A stretch of DNA of 64,000 nt from a virus. The DNA is taken from IMG/VR virus record IMGVR_UViG_3300008110_000181, positions 1 to 64,000 of that record. One strand, written 5' to 3'. The translations under genes were made by a program, and so were the position numbers. The notes under the pieces are model-generated. The model did not search any database. It saw only the letters and a list, made by a program, of their open reading frames with translations, and had not been told where the DNA came from. Below, piece after piece: positions 19,890 through 30,998 of this stretch. Position 1 is the first letter of the stretch; every line of letters begins with the position of its first letter.

Positions 19890-21352
19890 TAATAGACACC
19901 AAATGGATTATCTTGACTAAAATCTATAATATCTATACCCTCATTCTCAATTTCGTCATTTTGTGCATATGGATCTTCTGTAATAAAGGTATCATACTTC
20001 TTAACAGTCCATAGAGCACTAGATGCCGCTCCAACAATTGACTCACCTTTTATAAAATCACCTGATATAATAGAAATTAATAATTGTTTATTATTTATGT
20101 TCCAATTCTTAACCCTAGCTTTCGCACCAGAAATAGATCCAGTAACAATTTCATTATCTTGAAATGTTCCTATACCAGTATTATTTACTATTGCGGATGG
20201 TGATGAAACAGTAATAGATGGATCAACAACTCTATTTAAATCGTCATATTGAATTGAATATCCACTACCTGCATTTCTTATACCAAAAGTTAAAATACCA
20301 GAGACTGAATCTTTTATATTTGCAACTATAATTGCACTAGTTGAACCAATACCTGTTGGTGTCTGATTAATTGTAATAGTTGGAATTGTAAAATACCCTA
20401 AACCTTGATTTATAGCAGTAAGAGACTTTATTCCTACCCCACCAGAAGTATTAATCATACAAGTAGCAGCTGCCCCAGATCCACCTCCACCAATAAAAGT
20501 CAATATTGGTGCTTCAGTATAACCATAACCAGTATTTGTAATTAAAACTTCCTTAATAGAATGTGCATCTCCAACTGAAGTTGTGATTGCAACTGCTCTT
20601 GCATTAGCGCTTGATAATCCAATTGGAGATGTTGAAATTGAAACTACAGGTGGATTGATATAACCATTTCCATCATGATTTAAAATTATACGTTGTACAT
20701 ACCCAGTTTGTGTTGCCTGTGCAACTTTTAGAGTAGCATTTTGTGCATCATCATAATCAATGAGATATAATGTAGCAGTAACATCCTTAATAAGTTCATC
20801 AACTTCATCAACCGTAGTATCCATAATCTCATCTTCATATTCAAATAGTTCACAAACTAATTCATAAACATAAAGTTTTCCTAGTTGATAAAAAGGTTTT
20901 TCATGCTCAACAAATTTAACTTCAAATAATCTTTGACCCAATGGAAAATAAATTAAATCACCCTCTCTTGGTCTAGTTACAAGTTCTACTTCATTTGGGT
21001 CATTGTAAATTAAGTTTGGGTTATAAATTGAAGTTAAGATTGGTGCAATAAATTCTTCAAATCTTTCTTTTGAAATTGTAAGAGTTACTTCATCACGCAA
21101 AGAAACCCCAAATTTTGTCATAATATCACCGGCACCAGCATATCCTTCATAGTTATTGACATATGCTTCAATAATAAAATTGTCATCAAATTTTGATGAT
21201 TGTATTTCTTTGAATACGTTATCCGATCTTAATATTTTTCTTGGGATATACATAACGTCAATTCCATATATCCTCAACTGTTCATTTATTAGATCTTGAA
21301 TTAAGTTTTGTTCAGTTGATGAACCATTTAAAAAGAAAGGATTAAGTGCCAT
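19889..21352 (-). CDS. gp14: Neck protein
   Basis: MALNPFF, RPREGDLIYFP, FYQLGKLYVYEL, NPFG C-terminus. Confidence 0.93.
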   Translation of the reverse strand: MALNPFFLNGSSTEQNLIQDLINEQLRIYGIDVMYIPRKILRSDNVFKEIQSSKFDDNFIIEAYVNNYEGYAGAGDIMTKFGVSLRDEVTLTISKERFEEFIAPILTSIYNPNLIYNDPNEVELVTRPREGDLIYFPLGQRLFEVKFVEHEKPFYQLGKLYVYELVCELFEYEDEIMDTTVDEVDELIKDVTATLYLIDYDDAQNATLKVAQATQTGYVQRIILNHDGNGYINPPVVSISTSPIGLSSANARAVAITTSVGDAHSIKEVLITNTGYGYTEAPILTFIGGGGSGAAATCMINTSGGVGIKSLTAINQGLGYFTIPTITINQTPTGIGSTSAIIVANIKDSVSGILTFGIRNAGSGYSIQYDDLNRVVDPSITVSSPSAIVNNTGIGTFQDNEIVTGSISGAKARVKNWNINNKQLLISIISGDFIKGESIVGAASSALWTVKKYDTFITEDPYAQNDEIENEGIDIIDFSQDNPFGVY

Positions 21353-21359
21353 ATTAAGA

Positions 21360-22202
21360 TCATCCTATCATATCTAATGGTGGTAGTTCATATTCAAGTG
21401 CCATTCTTTGTTTAATATCTTCTAAATCTCTCTGTGCATCGTCGTAAATTTGTCTTCCATTGAGTTCTATACCACCAGGAAGTTTTACCCCCTGGAATTT
21501 AATCAAGTTCTGTCCCCACTGTCTTTTTATGAGTGCAGTTAGATATTTTTTTAAGAAACTGTCATTATAAACCTTAGTAAAGGTATTTGGATCTAAAATT
21601 CTGTAGCATTCAATAACAATATAAGTATCTTTTGTTTGTGATCCCCAATCAATATCCAGATAAAGTCTATTTTGTCTCTTGTTGAATCTTATTTGTTTAT
21701 CTGTAGTAAGTAAAAAGTCAATATCTTCTAAGTAACTTTTTACCATTGCATATTGCAAAAGTTCAACAGAATTAAAATAATATAAGTCATTTAAAAATAA
21801 TTGATATTTGATACTCCACATTCCACCAGAAATAGAACTAGTATCAAATTTAAATATCTTTTCTATTCCAATGACAGAATCTGGGACTTGTATATAATTA
21901 GAAGCTTCGTAAAAATTAAATGTAGTTGTACCAATACCAGCAATGTTGGAAGAACCTGTCGTAGTTGTAACACCAACTCCACCAGGAAGAGTACCTTTAC
22001 CTTTATTGAGATCTTGCTCAGTAAATTTGTACTTTAAGTACATTTTTTCAATACCATCAAAATGACGTTCTTGAAAGTATTGAAGAGCATCATCTACTAA
22101 ATCATCTAATTGTTCTTCGGCAACGTTAATTTCAATAACTGGTTCACCAAGTTGTCTTAAACAATAATCAATTAATTCTTGTCTTGAAGCTGGTTTTGAC
22201 AT
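21360..22202 (-). CDS. gp13: Neck protein
   Basis: YCLRQLGEPVIEINV, KRQWGQNLIKFQGVKLPGG. Confidence 0.95.
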   Translation of the reverse strand: MSKPASRQELIDYCLRQLGEPVIEINVAEEQLDDLVDDALQYFQERHFDGIEKMYLKYKFTEQDLNKGKGTLPGGVGVTTTTGSSNIAGIGTTTFNFYEASNYIQVPDSVIGIEKIFKFDTSSISGGMWSIKYQLFLNDLYYFNSVELLQYAMVKSYLEDIDFLLTTDKQIRFNKRQNRLYLDIDWGSQTKDTYIVIECYRILDPNTFTKVYNDSFLKKYLTALIKRQWGQNLIKFQGVKLPGGIELNGRQIYDDAQRDLEDIKQRMALEYELPPLDMIG

Positions 22203-22792
22203 CAGTAGAATCCTCCATCGATACTGTCAGTCCAAACAGGTACATTATTTGCATTAGTGGTTAGTAATAAATTTGTAGTTTGAATTCCCACCGATGGGGT
22301 TGCAGTCGCAATAACTTCAGCATTAGGACCAAAATATGCAATACCGTAAGTTTTTCCAACCCCTGCTTGTAATGTTGTAATTCCTGTTAATGAAAAATCA
22401 ACAACATTAATTGAACCCCATCTTTGTGATGGGGTTCCCAGACTATAAGTATTATCAATATTTGGTACAATATTGGAATTTACTTCTCCAGAAAATACAA
22501 CATTATCTGTTGTTGAATTTCCAAGACCAATAGTGCCACCATAAAAAATTGCATTACCTACAAACGTAGACGTTCCTTCAACCTGAATATTTTGGTCAAA
22601 ATAAACATTATCGTAGAATGTACTTATGCCCAAAAATTCAGATGGACCGTCAACAGATAATGAACTAGATGTTACACTACCTCCTACAACATTAGTGGCA
22701 TTAACTGCTAGATATGGAATATCTGGAGCACCAAATGCTGTGATAACTTTTATTCTGTTTTCTTGTCCGATTCTTACTGGTATTCGGGGCAT
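22202..22792 (-). CDS. Virion structural / fibre-like protein
   Basis: Beta-rich, with a NTYSLGTPSQRW fibre-type motif and an IDGGFY end. Confidence 0.6.
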   Translation of the reverse strand: MPRIPVRIGQENRIKVITAFGAPDIPYLAVNATNVVGGSVTSSSLSVDGPSEFLGISTFYDNVYFDQNIQVEGTSTFVGNAIFYGGTIGLGNSTTDNVVFSGEVNSNIVPNIDNTYSLGTPSQRWGSINVVDFSLTGITTLQAGVGKTYGIAYFGPNAEVIATATPSVGIQTTNLLLTTNANNVPVWTDSIDGGFY

Positions 22793-23130
22793 TAGTAAGT
22801 TACTCCTTTTCTTACAAATACCATTCCTTCAACGACCTTGGTTTTTTTGGAACCATCATCTAAAACTACATCATAAACGTATCTACCTTCTTTCAATGCT
22901 GCAGTTTGTTGTTGAGTCAAACTGATTTGAAGTATCCCTGCACTAGGGACTACAAAAGTTACAGCAAATCCAACTTTTGTTGCACTATATGGATGCTTAG
23001 ATAATTTAGCAGCAGCGGTATATCCACTGAGATTTAAAGCACTATTACCAGAACTACTAGCTAAGGTAAAAACTTGATCAAAGTCTACTCCTGTATTAAT
23101 GATTAAATTGTTAACATAAACAGCAGACAT
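22792..23130 (-). CDS. Small virion protein (BppU N-terminal-like Ig fold)
   Basis: LNLSGYTAAA...ISLTQQQTAALKEGRYVYDV...VVEG. Confidence 0.65.
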   Translation of the reverse strand: MSAVYVNNLIINTGVDFDQVFTLASSSGNSALNLSGYTAAAKLSKHPYSATKVGFAVTFVVPSAGILQISLTQQQTAALKEGRYVYDVVLDDGSKKTKVVEGMVFVRKGVTY

Positions 23131-23177
23131 CTGAATATTCTGTTATTTAAACTATTTATGAATGCTATAGATTATGT

Positions 23178-23360
23178 TTATTTAAACTTAGAACCTTCTA
23201 AATCTGCTAAAACTTCTTGTTGCTTCATGTACAACTTAATATATGATTTAGTCAGATTGCGAAGTTTATTTAAATCTTCACATTCATCAATTTCTCTACT
23301 GAGTTTCTCATATTCAAATAATTTATTCATATCACTTAAACTAATTTTACTTGGATCCAT
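23178..23360 (-). CDS. Hypothetical protein
   Basis: 60-aa helical ORF in the operon. Confidence 0.6.
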   Translation of the reverse strand: MDPSKISLSDMNKLFEYEKLSREIDECEDLNKLRNLTKSYIKLYMKQQEVLADLEGSKFK

Positions 23361-23547
23361 TTAAAATCTCCTTTAATAATGATTTAATTTCATCAATATC
23401 TTTTTTCATTTCATTGATTTCTCTTTTTTGAAATTCTCTTTGATTGATTGAATTTACATATTGGTCATATGCTGTAGAATCGCAATTAATTATAGCACCA
23501 CTATTTTCATCACGATATAAATTTTGATACCCTTCTACCTTAATCAT
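23347..23547 (-). CDS. Conserved hypothetical protein
   Basis: IKVEG..NLYRD..SGAIIN motif and coiled coil. Confidence 0.7.
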   Translation of the reverse strand: MIKVEGYQNLYRDENSGAIINCDSTAYDQYVNSINQREFQKREINEMKKDIDEIKSLLKEILNGSK

Positions 23548-26500
23548 TTATCGAATTGCTAATGTTCTTAAACTCTTAATTCTAGGTGCTCTAGATTGAT
23601 CTGTACCAGACATAACTATTTTAATTGTGTATCCAACAAAAAGATCCAGATTGTCTGCAGTAAATTCATATTCCAAGAATTCATTATCTAAACTTGGTTG
23701 TACATATCTATCTGGTCTGCCCGTATTCTTAGAAGAGTCGAGAACGAGGAATCCTTGATCCGATACAGATCTTAGATTATCATATCCAGGGAATAGTTCA
23801 AAAGTTTGAGGAATACCATCAGAATCTGCTCTGATCAAACTGTAAAGAACTCTAAAATCAGCTGATGCATGTCTATATGCACTTAAAATCACTTTCAATG
23901 TTGTTGCTGGTTGTGCTAGATTAACAGTATTTGATACATAAACTGCAGCATGAGGGTCATTATTGATTGAATTAACCCTATTGTCTGTTACATAATTTGT
24001 AATCGGTACGTTTAATCTACTACATCTAAACTCTGTAATTGCATTATCTAGATAAATTATTGGAGATAAATTAGAATTTTGTGTATTTAAAGTTATACCC
24101 GTTACAAAAGATTTGTTTCTCAATAGTTTAGCTAAACCGGGTTGATTTTTCTCATTAATCTCTGAAGCCACTATTCTCATTGATCCTAACGTATTGACAG
24201 CATTTAGTTGAACCGGTTCGGAAACTTGCTCAACGAATGCATTTTCTGTTCCATTTGCACTTCTACCACTTACAGTTCTAATGAAAGCATTTACAGATGT
24301 GTCAGCTCCTGGTGTCAATAGATCATATGATGGAACCAGACTACTATAATTAATATTTTCAGATGCTTCTACTTTTGATCCACCATAAGAAGATTCATCA
24401 ATAAATGACAACTCTGGAGCAGATGTTGTTGAACCGTCAGAAGATCTATTAGCACCATTTCCAGTTCTAGAAACTTCTATATGGTAGTTATCAATTCCAA
24501 TTCCAGTTAAACTCATATCATGATCTTTATTGATTCTTCGTAAAGATACTCCATTTAGTTCGTATTTGTAAACTAAACTATCTTTATCATGTAAGGTAAT
24601 TAAAGATTGATCAATACCTCTTCCACTTGGTGAATTTGAAATAGTCAAGGATCCATTTCCAACTGCAGAATAACCTATAATCTCCTGACCAACCAAGATA
24701 TAACCAGTATTTCCTGCTCCAACAGGAATACCTTCAAAGGTAGTAAATATCGATGTGTTTGCAACACTGACAGTATTACTTTCACTAATAGAAAGTTCCG
24801 CACTTAATGAAGTTGGTGAGTAACTAGATTCTACGTTTGCAATTCTAACTTTATCAATACCAGAATACATTCCATGATCAAAATGTTCTAGTCTAAAGTA
24901 ATTGCCAGAATTAACACCACCATCAGGGACAAAACTTCTTATAGTTGTTGTTGCTAGTGAAACTATGGTTGAGGACGGGAAGTTATCTGGATAGAAACTT
25001 ACTCCAGCACCAACTCCAAAAGAACTAGACTCTCCTTGTATACCAGATAGGTATAAAGTATCCACTCCAGAGATGGATGAAATTGATACTCTTGCATCTC
25101 TACCCAAAGTCGTTACAATACCAACAACATCACCTATCTTGTAACCAGTACCTGTTGCGGTAGTTGCTGCAATACCCGTAATTGCACCACTAGAGTTTGT
25201 TGTTACAGTGAGTTTTAGACCAGATCCACGACCGATAATATTAGTTGTATCTAAATTAATCAATGTTGAACTTGCTGGGTAATTTGTACCACCACTTGTA
25301 ATCACTGTTTGTGTTACTGAGCACCCAACTCCAACGATATAACCATAAGTATTCGGTTTTGTTCCTGAAATTTTTCTACCGACTTTTAAAATGTCATTGA
25401 CTAGAGTTGCGTTTGATGCCGTTAAAACAGTAGAAATTCCAAGAGTTGCAGTTTTTGGTAATGTTCTAATTGGATTATTATTTAACCTTGCAATATAACC
25501 ATTGCTCTGATTTAGAGGTGGAGTAGTAAAGAATGCGGTACCAGTTTCTGCTGTAAACTTAGCTTTATATAATTTAAACTTAAGATCTTGATATTGATTA
25601 GCAGTCCAAATAGATCCATTCTGTGATTTAAACAGACTTCCCATTGAGAACTGCTTAGAGTAGATTACAGATTCTGTAATTGGTAGTGATTGGGTTTTCT
25701 TGCTAGCTTCACCCATTGTTGCAATCCACATTTCATATTTGTCACTATGTGCAGATATAACTACAACCGCATATTCATTGTTGGGTGCCAAATAGATTGG
25801 TTCTGGGAAAGTTACCTTTGTTTCTATTTCACCATCATCTGAAATTAGAATATCAGATGGTCTTAAAGTTACTGATTTACCCAAAACAATTCTAGTTGGG
25901 GTACCTAAATCAACCGTTCTAATTTCAACTCTTACTGGAGCATTTCCATCATCTTTCTTAGCAAAGAACAATCCAACAGAAGTTAAAAATGCACCATTGA
26001 TATCATCAATACTATCATTTTCTCCTGGTGCTTCTACACTTCCACCCACTGTAAATGATTGTGCTAATGGATCAAAGAATTGTGCAACAGTATTTTGGGT
26101 ATTTCTTGTAATTGTTGTTAGATTTGTAGTTAGACTTAGATTTAAGTTTGTAACAGTTTGAGTGGTTAAATTATTTGTAATAGCAGTTACTTCATTTTCC
26201 CATTGATTTAATGTACCATCAGAACTATATGCAACTTCTGCAAAAGAAATTGAATTACTTCCTGGGATTCCCAATTCATTAGTTGGGCTAGAAGTAAGTT
26301 TAAATGTTTTAGTTCCTGTTGGAATTCTTACTGTAGGAACTGGTGTACTATTTGGATCTCTCAAGAAGAAAGTACCGATTAAGTCACCATAGTTATCAGA
26401 TACTAATCTGAGATCTTTTACATATGCTATAGCACCACTAGTTTGACCAATCAATAACATACCTTTGGTTAAATAACCAGTATATCTTCCTTGTGCCTCT

Positions 26501-29500
26501 TCTGCCAATGAATTTGTATCTATATTCAATACTTTTGTTGTATTACTATATGATGTCTGTAAAGATTCTGTTTTAATATATGGATTAATATTGTATTTCT
26601 TTGATGGAGCATTAAAAGGACCATACTTATGATCAGGTGTTGCCAATCTAAATGAAATTAAATTAACACCATTGACAGATCCAACGACAGTTTCACCTGT
26701 TCTAAAGATACCGGTAGTTCCTGGTGTAGATAGTGTAGTATCTGTTGCAACTTCAATTAATTTTGGTGTAAAATCAACAGCACTATTGCTATCAAGGAAT
26801 TGGTAATATTGAGTTGATGGTTTTAAATTTGATACAGAAAATTCTGTATTTCTTGATCTCATGAAAGATTCATCTGATGAAGAAACTAAAACATTTCTAA
26901 TAGAAACATCAGTATTTGTTACTGTATCAAAAGTAACATTGGTAGATGAACTTGAACTATTAAATGACTGTGTATCTCTAGATTCTGAGACACTGCTTCC
27001 AATTACTGCACTACTTCCTGCTCTACGTGGGTTTGCTATTCGAACAACAGATGTGGATGAAGTTTCTCTGACAACTGGATTCGTAATGTCTTGTCTAAGA
27101 CTACCATTAAGATCCCTAGTAATAGTTCTACTGGAGTTATTTGTGATATTAATATTTCTATCTGGGAGCTGAATAGTTCTAACCCAGGTATCTACTGCTG
27201 GATTTAGATTAATAATACCGGTATAAACAACAACATTAAATGGATTTACATTCTCTACACCAGTTGCATATAATTGGGAAATCCAGTCAATTTCTTCATA
27301 TTTTAAAGTTACAGAATTGCCTGTTTTTTGAACATTTGCATCTAATAATTTAAAATCTTGTTGATAATCTAATGATTCATCGATGACATCAGTTGCTGGT
27401 AATACTCTGGATTTAATAGAATTTCTAGTAATTAATGGTATTAATTCTTTAGCAGATGGATTAACCTGTACATTTGATAATCCACGATTTATTAAACTAT
27501 TATTTCTAAAGTCATCAACGAAAAATCCACTCTTAAATCTATTTCTACCTTCACTATCTTGAACTTGAAGAGTTTGTGTTTGAACCTCTAAGAAAGATAG
27601 TGAAGTTACTCTTTCTAGATTTTGAACTCGGTTATCAATATAACCGATATCTCTCATGGTATATCTTCTATTATCTCTAAGTTGTATTACTGCATCTTGT
27701 GGATTAAACAAATATGGGGGCAACTGAATAGTTGCTATTTCCATCATAGCATCATTTTTTGTAGGAGCTTTTGGATTAATTGCAGATATCCCTTTTTCTA
27801 ATATAAAGTTTCCAGATTTATCTAAGTATAATCTATCAATTCTTGGAAGGTAAAAATCATAAGATACTGAGAATGATTCATTTGGTGTCAATAATAATTT
27901 TGGATCGGTATTAAAATTTCTGGATGAGAAATCAAATGGTGATGCTGAAGTTGTAGATGGATTAAAAGTTGAAACCCTAGGTCTAAAATCTAATATATCT
28001 GATGCTCTAATACCAGAAACAATAGATGGGATATCTGTGGTATATCTGTCCTTATCATAACTTAATACCGTAAAGACGTCCCCATTATCGTTAGATTCTA
28101 CAGTATAGTAATCATATACAACTAAAAGTTTTTTAGATGGTTCAGGAACATCTTTGTTTCTAACTATCTTAGAATAATCATAATATTCTTCTTTTTGACC
28201 CTTATCTAGAGTATATGATGATGTAATATCTTTACATTTACCCAAAGTTACTAACTCAACCTGAGTTTTAATATTCGATTCTTCAAATGTTACTTCTTCA
28301 CCAATTACAAATCTATCACTAGTTAAGTAAATAACTTCTAAAGTATTTGTTGGATTAGATACTTTTTCGACAACTCTTGCGACTGTTTTAGAAGATCCAC
28401 CAAGTATTAATTCTCCAACTATTGCATTATTTGTAACATTTGCAGTTGATGTAAATAAAATTCTATCTAAAGATGGAGATGATGAATCGTATGATTCAAA
28501 TACTCCCATAATTTTTACAACATCTGGTTTTAGTAACGATATTTCTTCATCTTGAACTCTTAAACCATAATATGGACTATATGTTAAACCATCGGAGATT
28601 GAGGTATTGATACCAGTTCCAGACTGTTGGAATTCTGATCTAGTTATTTCTAATTTTTCACTTCTTACATATTTTTTAATTTTATTCTTTACTCCAGACT
28701 TAACTAATGTTACATTTATTGTTGCTGAACCATTAGTCAAATTTCTAATCGTTAAAGTGTTATTTGTTACATCAACAGAATCACTAGATAGTGGTGCTAT
28801 AGTACCATTAGCATAAACTACTGAATATCTTTCTTGGTCGAATGAATCAAAAAATGCGGAAGTAATCCCTAAAGTCGAAGATACTGTAGATGCATTTAAA
28901 ACTATTTGGTTACTGGCAATAGTTTGATTTATTAACTGAGCAGAAATTTTTAGTGAGGATCCTGTAAGACCTACACTTGCAATATTTTTATGCGGTAATA
29001 TGCTGTAGAGATAAGAATCGGATGGATTTCTTATAATCGTTGCAGATGGGAATGCATCAACTTGTATAGTACTCGTTGGTAAATTACCTTCAAAAACACC
29101 AGAAACTGATGGACTTATTGCAGAAAGTTGGAATGATGAACCATCTGAGGAAACTGCTGAAATTCTATTATAGGTTTCTGTAGAAAATCCTGGTTTTTGA
29201 TATCTAACAATGGTACCGGTTCTAACATTAAAGAACTTTCCTGGACAAGTTACAGTTGATATACCTCCTTGTGCTGTAGATATGGAGACATTTGTAATTC
29301 CACCAAAAAATCTAAATCTCTCTAATACTGCATCGGCAGTAAATGTTGGAATACCAACAGCACCAAATACATCTTGCTTGAATGATTTTATGCTTTGAGT
29401 ATTGTATACTGTAGCAGAATTGATTGTTCTTGGAAAATCAACACCATTTACAATAATTGATTCACCGACCATGAAACTTCCAGAAGTCTGTCTAACATCA

Positions 29501-30993
29501 ATCGTATCGGAACCTGCAGCTGCAGATACAACATAACCATTTGCACCACTACTTTTTCCTTTGATATATGAAGATGCTGGTATTTCTGTTGAACTCGCAG
29601 ATCTATTTAATACTAATCTTGTATTGGTTTGTATATCGTATAAGTATAAATCATGATTTGTAGCTGCGTTAGAATATGCAGAGTCTGTTAAATTGAATGC
29701 ATATACTCTTGCGCTACCAATTCCAACTCCACCTGCAGCAAATTCGTCATATAATGTTACAACTCCTTTTGTTTGTGGAGTACCTTTAACATTATTAACT
29801 CTTATCAAATTCCCCATCTCAAAGGAAATACCAACATTAGATTGTGATTGAGTATCTCTTGGTTTTTCTACGTCTAAAATTGTTGATGAAACTTTTTCAA
29901 TATCATAACCTCTAACGTATGCTTTTCCCGGAGATACTTTTACACACATCAGATCGTTTGATGGTTTTGATCCTCCAGGGGTAGTTTCATTTGAGAAAAA
30001 TAACCCATTTCCACCTAATCTATCGTTGAGTGAATTGTGAATTGATGGGTTAAATGGATCAACTGCATAATCACCAGACTCTTCGTAAGTTCTTTGTGCA
30101 AGATAATCTCTAAATTTATCATTGGTGGATTTATTTTCTATCTTTTTAATTTTACCACCATCAATTCTCAATAATTCAATAAAATTACTGTCATTAAAAT
30201 CTGTTAATAATTTTTTATCTAACGTTAATTTAATTTGTAATCTATCTGCACCAGGTGCGGCATAGTTTTCAAATCCTTTTGCATTATCATAAATTGACTT
30301 ATCATCCTTTGGTGTAATAATAACTTCATCAATAGTCAAACCAACACGATAATTTGGTGTATTGCTATAATAATCTAGCATCAATATTTGTTTGGGGACA
30401 TTTACAAAATATCCTCTTACAAAATATACACCATTATTAATAAAAGCTGCTGAACCAATTGACGTGGCATTAAAAGAAATCAATGATGCAAAAGAAGAAC
30501 CAGCATTAATCGTGGTTCCTCCGTATGTAATATTCTCATTGATTGTCAGATCTTCACCATCACTAAACTGTCTAAAAATAAAATCATTATCAGAATCTAA
30601 GTATTTTACATAAATTGTTGGATCTAATACTGTATTACCATTAGGAATTTCTACATGTTGTATAGTTGCAGTTATTCCAGAAACAGAACCAGTAATTTTT
30701 TTACCAACTAAATCTTCTAGATATAAAGTAATGTCTGTTCCAGCATTTGTTTGATTTAACTTTACTGCATAGAACTGACCGTCATATATTAAATTTCCGG
30801 GGATAACTACAGATCCCTCTTTAAACATATGACTACCAAATGTTTCTATTTGGTTTTGTAATAAAGATTGTATAGACGTTAATTCTCTGGCTTGAACTGG
30901 CCTTCCTGGATTAAATAAAATCTTATAAAAATTTTTATCAGAACTGAAATCGTCGTAATATGGACTAATATTTAAATTTGTTTTTTGTGCCAT
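23548..30993 (-). CDS. Large virion structural protein (VrlC/DUF4815-like), 2481 aa
   Basis: PYYDDF...GRPVQARELT, APGADR, RRYTMRDIG, GFFVDDF, DPLAQSF. Confidence 0.85.
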   Translation of the reverse strand: MAQKTNLNISPYYDDFSSDKNFYKILFNPGRPVQARELTSIQSLLQNQIETFGSHMFKEGSVVIPGNLIYDGQFYAVKLNQTNAGTDITLYLEDLVGKKITGSVSGITATIQHVEIPNGNTVLDPTIYVKYLDSDNDFIFRQFSDGEDLTINENITYGGTTINAGSSFASLISFNATSIGSAAFINNGVYFVRGYFVNVPKQILMLDYYSNTPNYRVGLTIDEVIITPKDDKSIYDNAKGFENYAAPGADRLQIKLTLDKKLLTDFNDSNFIELLRIDGGKIKKIENKSTNDKFRDYLAQRTYEESGDYAVDPFNPSIHNSLNDRLGGNGLFFSNETTPGGSKPSNDLMCVKVSPGKAYVRGYDIEKVSSTILDVEKPRDTQSQSNVGISFEMGNLIRVNNVKGTPQTKGVVTLYDEFAAGGVGIGSARVYAFNLTDSAYSNAATNHDLYLYDIQTNTRLVLNRSASSTEIPASSYIKGKSSGANGYVVSAAAGSDTIDVRQTSGSFMVGESIIVNGVDFPRTINSATVYNTQSIKSFKQDVFGAVGIPTFTADAVLERFRFFGGITNVSISTAQGGISTVTCPGKFFNVRTGTIVRYQKPGFSTETYNRISAVSSDGSSFQLSAISPSVSGVFEGNLPTSTIQVDAFPSATIIRNPSDSYLYSILPHKNIASVGLTGSSLKISAQLINQTIASNQIVLNASTVSSTLGITSAFFDSFDQERYSVVYANGTIAPLSSDSVDVTNNTLTIRNLTNGSATINVTLVKSGVKNKIKKYVRSEKLEITRSEFQQSGTGINTSISDGLTYSPYYGLRVQDEEISLLKPDVVKIMGVFESYDSSSPSLDRILFTSTANVTNNAIVGELILGGSSKTVARVVEKVSNPTNTLEVIYLTSDRFVIGEEVTFEESNIKTQVELVTLGKCKDITSSYTLDKGQKEEYYDYSKIVRNKDVPEPSKKLLVVYDYYTVESNDNGDVFTVLSYDKDRYTTDIPSIVSGIRASDILDFRPRVSTFNPSTTSASPFDFSSRNFNTDPKLLLTPNESFSVSYDFYLPRIDRLYLDKSGNFILEKGISAINPKAPTKNDAMMEIATIQLPPYLFNPQDAVIQLRDNRRYTMRDIGYIDNRVQNLERVTSLSFLEVQTQTLQVQDSEGRNRFKSGFFVDDFRNNSLINRGLSNVQVNPSAKELIPLITRNSIKSRVLPATDVIDESLDYQQDFKLLDANVQKTGNSVTLKYEEIDWISQLYATGVENVNPFNVVVYTGIINLNPAVDTWVRTIQLPDRNINITNNSSRTITRDLNGSLRQDITNPVVRETSSTSVVRIANPRRAGSSAVIGSSVSESRDTQSFNSSSSSTNVTFDTVTNTDVSIRNVLVSSSDESFMRSRNTEFSVSNLKPSTQYYQFLDSNSAVDFTPKLIEVATDTTLSTPGTTGIFRTGETVVGSVNGVNLISFRLATPDHKYGPFNAPSKKYNINPYIKTESLQTSYSNTTKVLNIDTNSLAEEAQGRYTGYLTKGMLLIGQTSGAIAYVKDLRLVSDNYGDLIGTFFLRDPNSTPVPTVRIPTGTKTFKLTSSPTNELGIPGSNSISFAEVAYSSDGTLNQWENEVTAITNNLTTQTVTNLNLSLTTNLTTITRNTQNTVAQFFDPLAQSFTVGGSVEAPGENDSIDDINGAFLTSVGLFFAKKDDGNAPVRVEIRTVDLGTPTRIVLGKSVTLRPSDILISDDGEIETKVTFPEPIYLAPNNEYAVVVISAHSDKYEMWIATMGEASKKTQSLPITESVIYSKQFSMGSLFKSQNGSIWTANQYQDLKFKLYKAKFTAETGTAFFTTPPLNQSNGYIARLNNNPIRTLPKTATLGISTVLTASNATLVNDILKVGRKISGTKPNTYGYIVGVGCSVTQTVITSGGTNYPASSTLINLDTTNIIGRGSGLKLTVTTNSSGAITGIAATTATGTGYKIGDVVGIVTTLGRDARVSISSISGVDTLYLSGIQGESSSFGVGAGVSFYPDNFPSSTIVSLATTTIRSFVPDGGVNSGNYFRLEHFDHGMYSGIDKVRIANVESSYSPTSLSAELSISESNTVSVANTSIFTTFEGIPVGAGNTGYILVGQEIIGYSAVGNGSLTISNSPSGRGIDQSLITLHDKDSLVYKYELNGVSLRRINKDHDMSLTGIGIDNYHIEVSRTGNGANRSSDGSTTSAPELSFIDESSYGGSKVEASENINYSSLVPSYDLLTPGADTSVNAFIRTVSGRSANGTENAFVEQVSEPVQLNAVNTLGSMRIVASEINEKNQPGLAKLLRNKSFVTGITLNTQNSNLSPIIYLDNAITEFRCSRLNVPITNYVTDNRVNSINNDPHAAVYVSNTVNLAQPATTLKVILSAYRHASADFRVLYSLIRADSDGIPQTFELFPGYDNLRSVSDQGFLVLDSSKNTGRPDRYVQPSLDNEFLEYEFTADNLDLFVGYTIKIVMSGTDQSRAPRIKSLRTLAIR

Positions 30994-30998
30994 TTTGC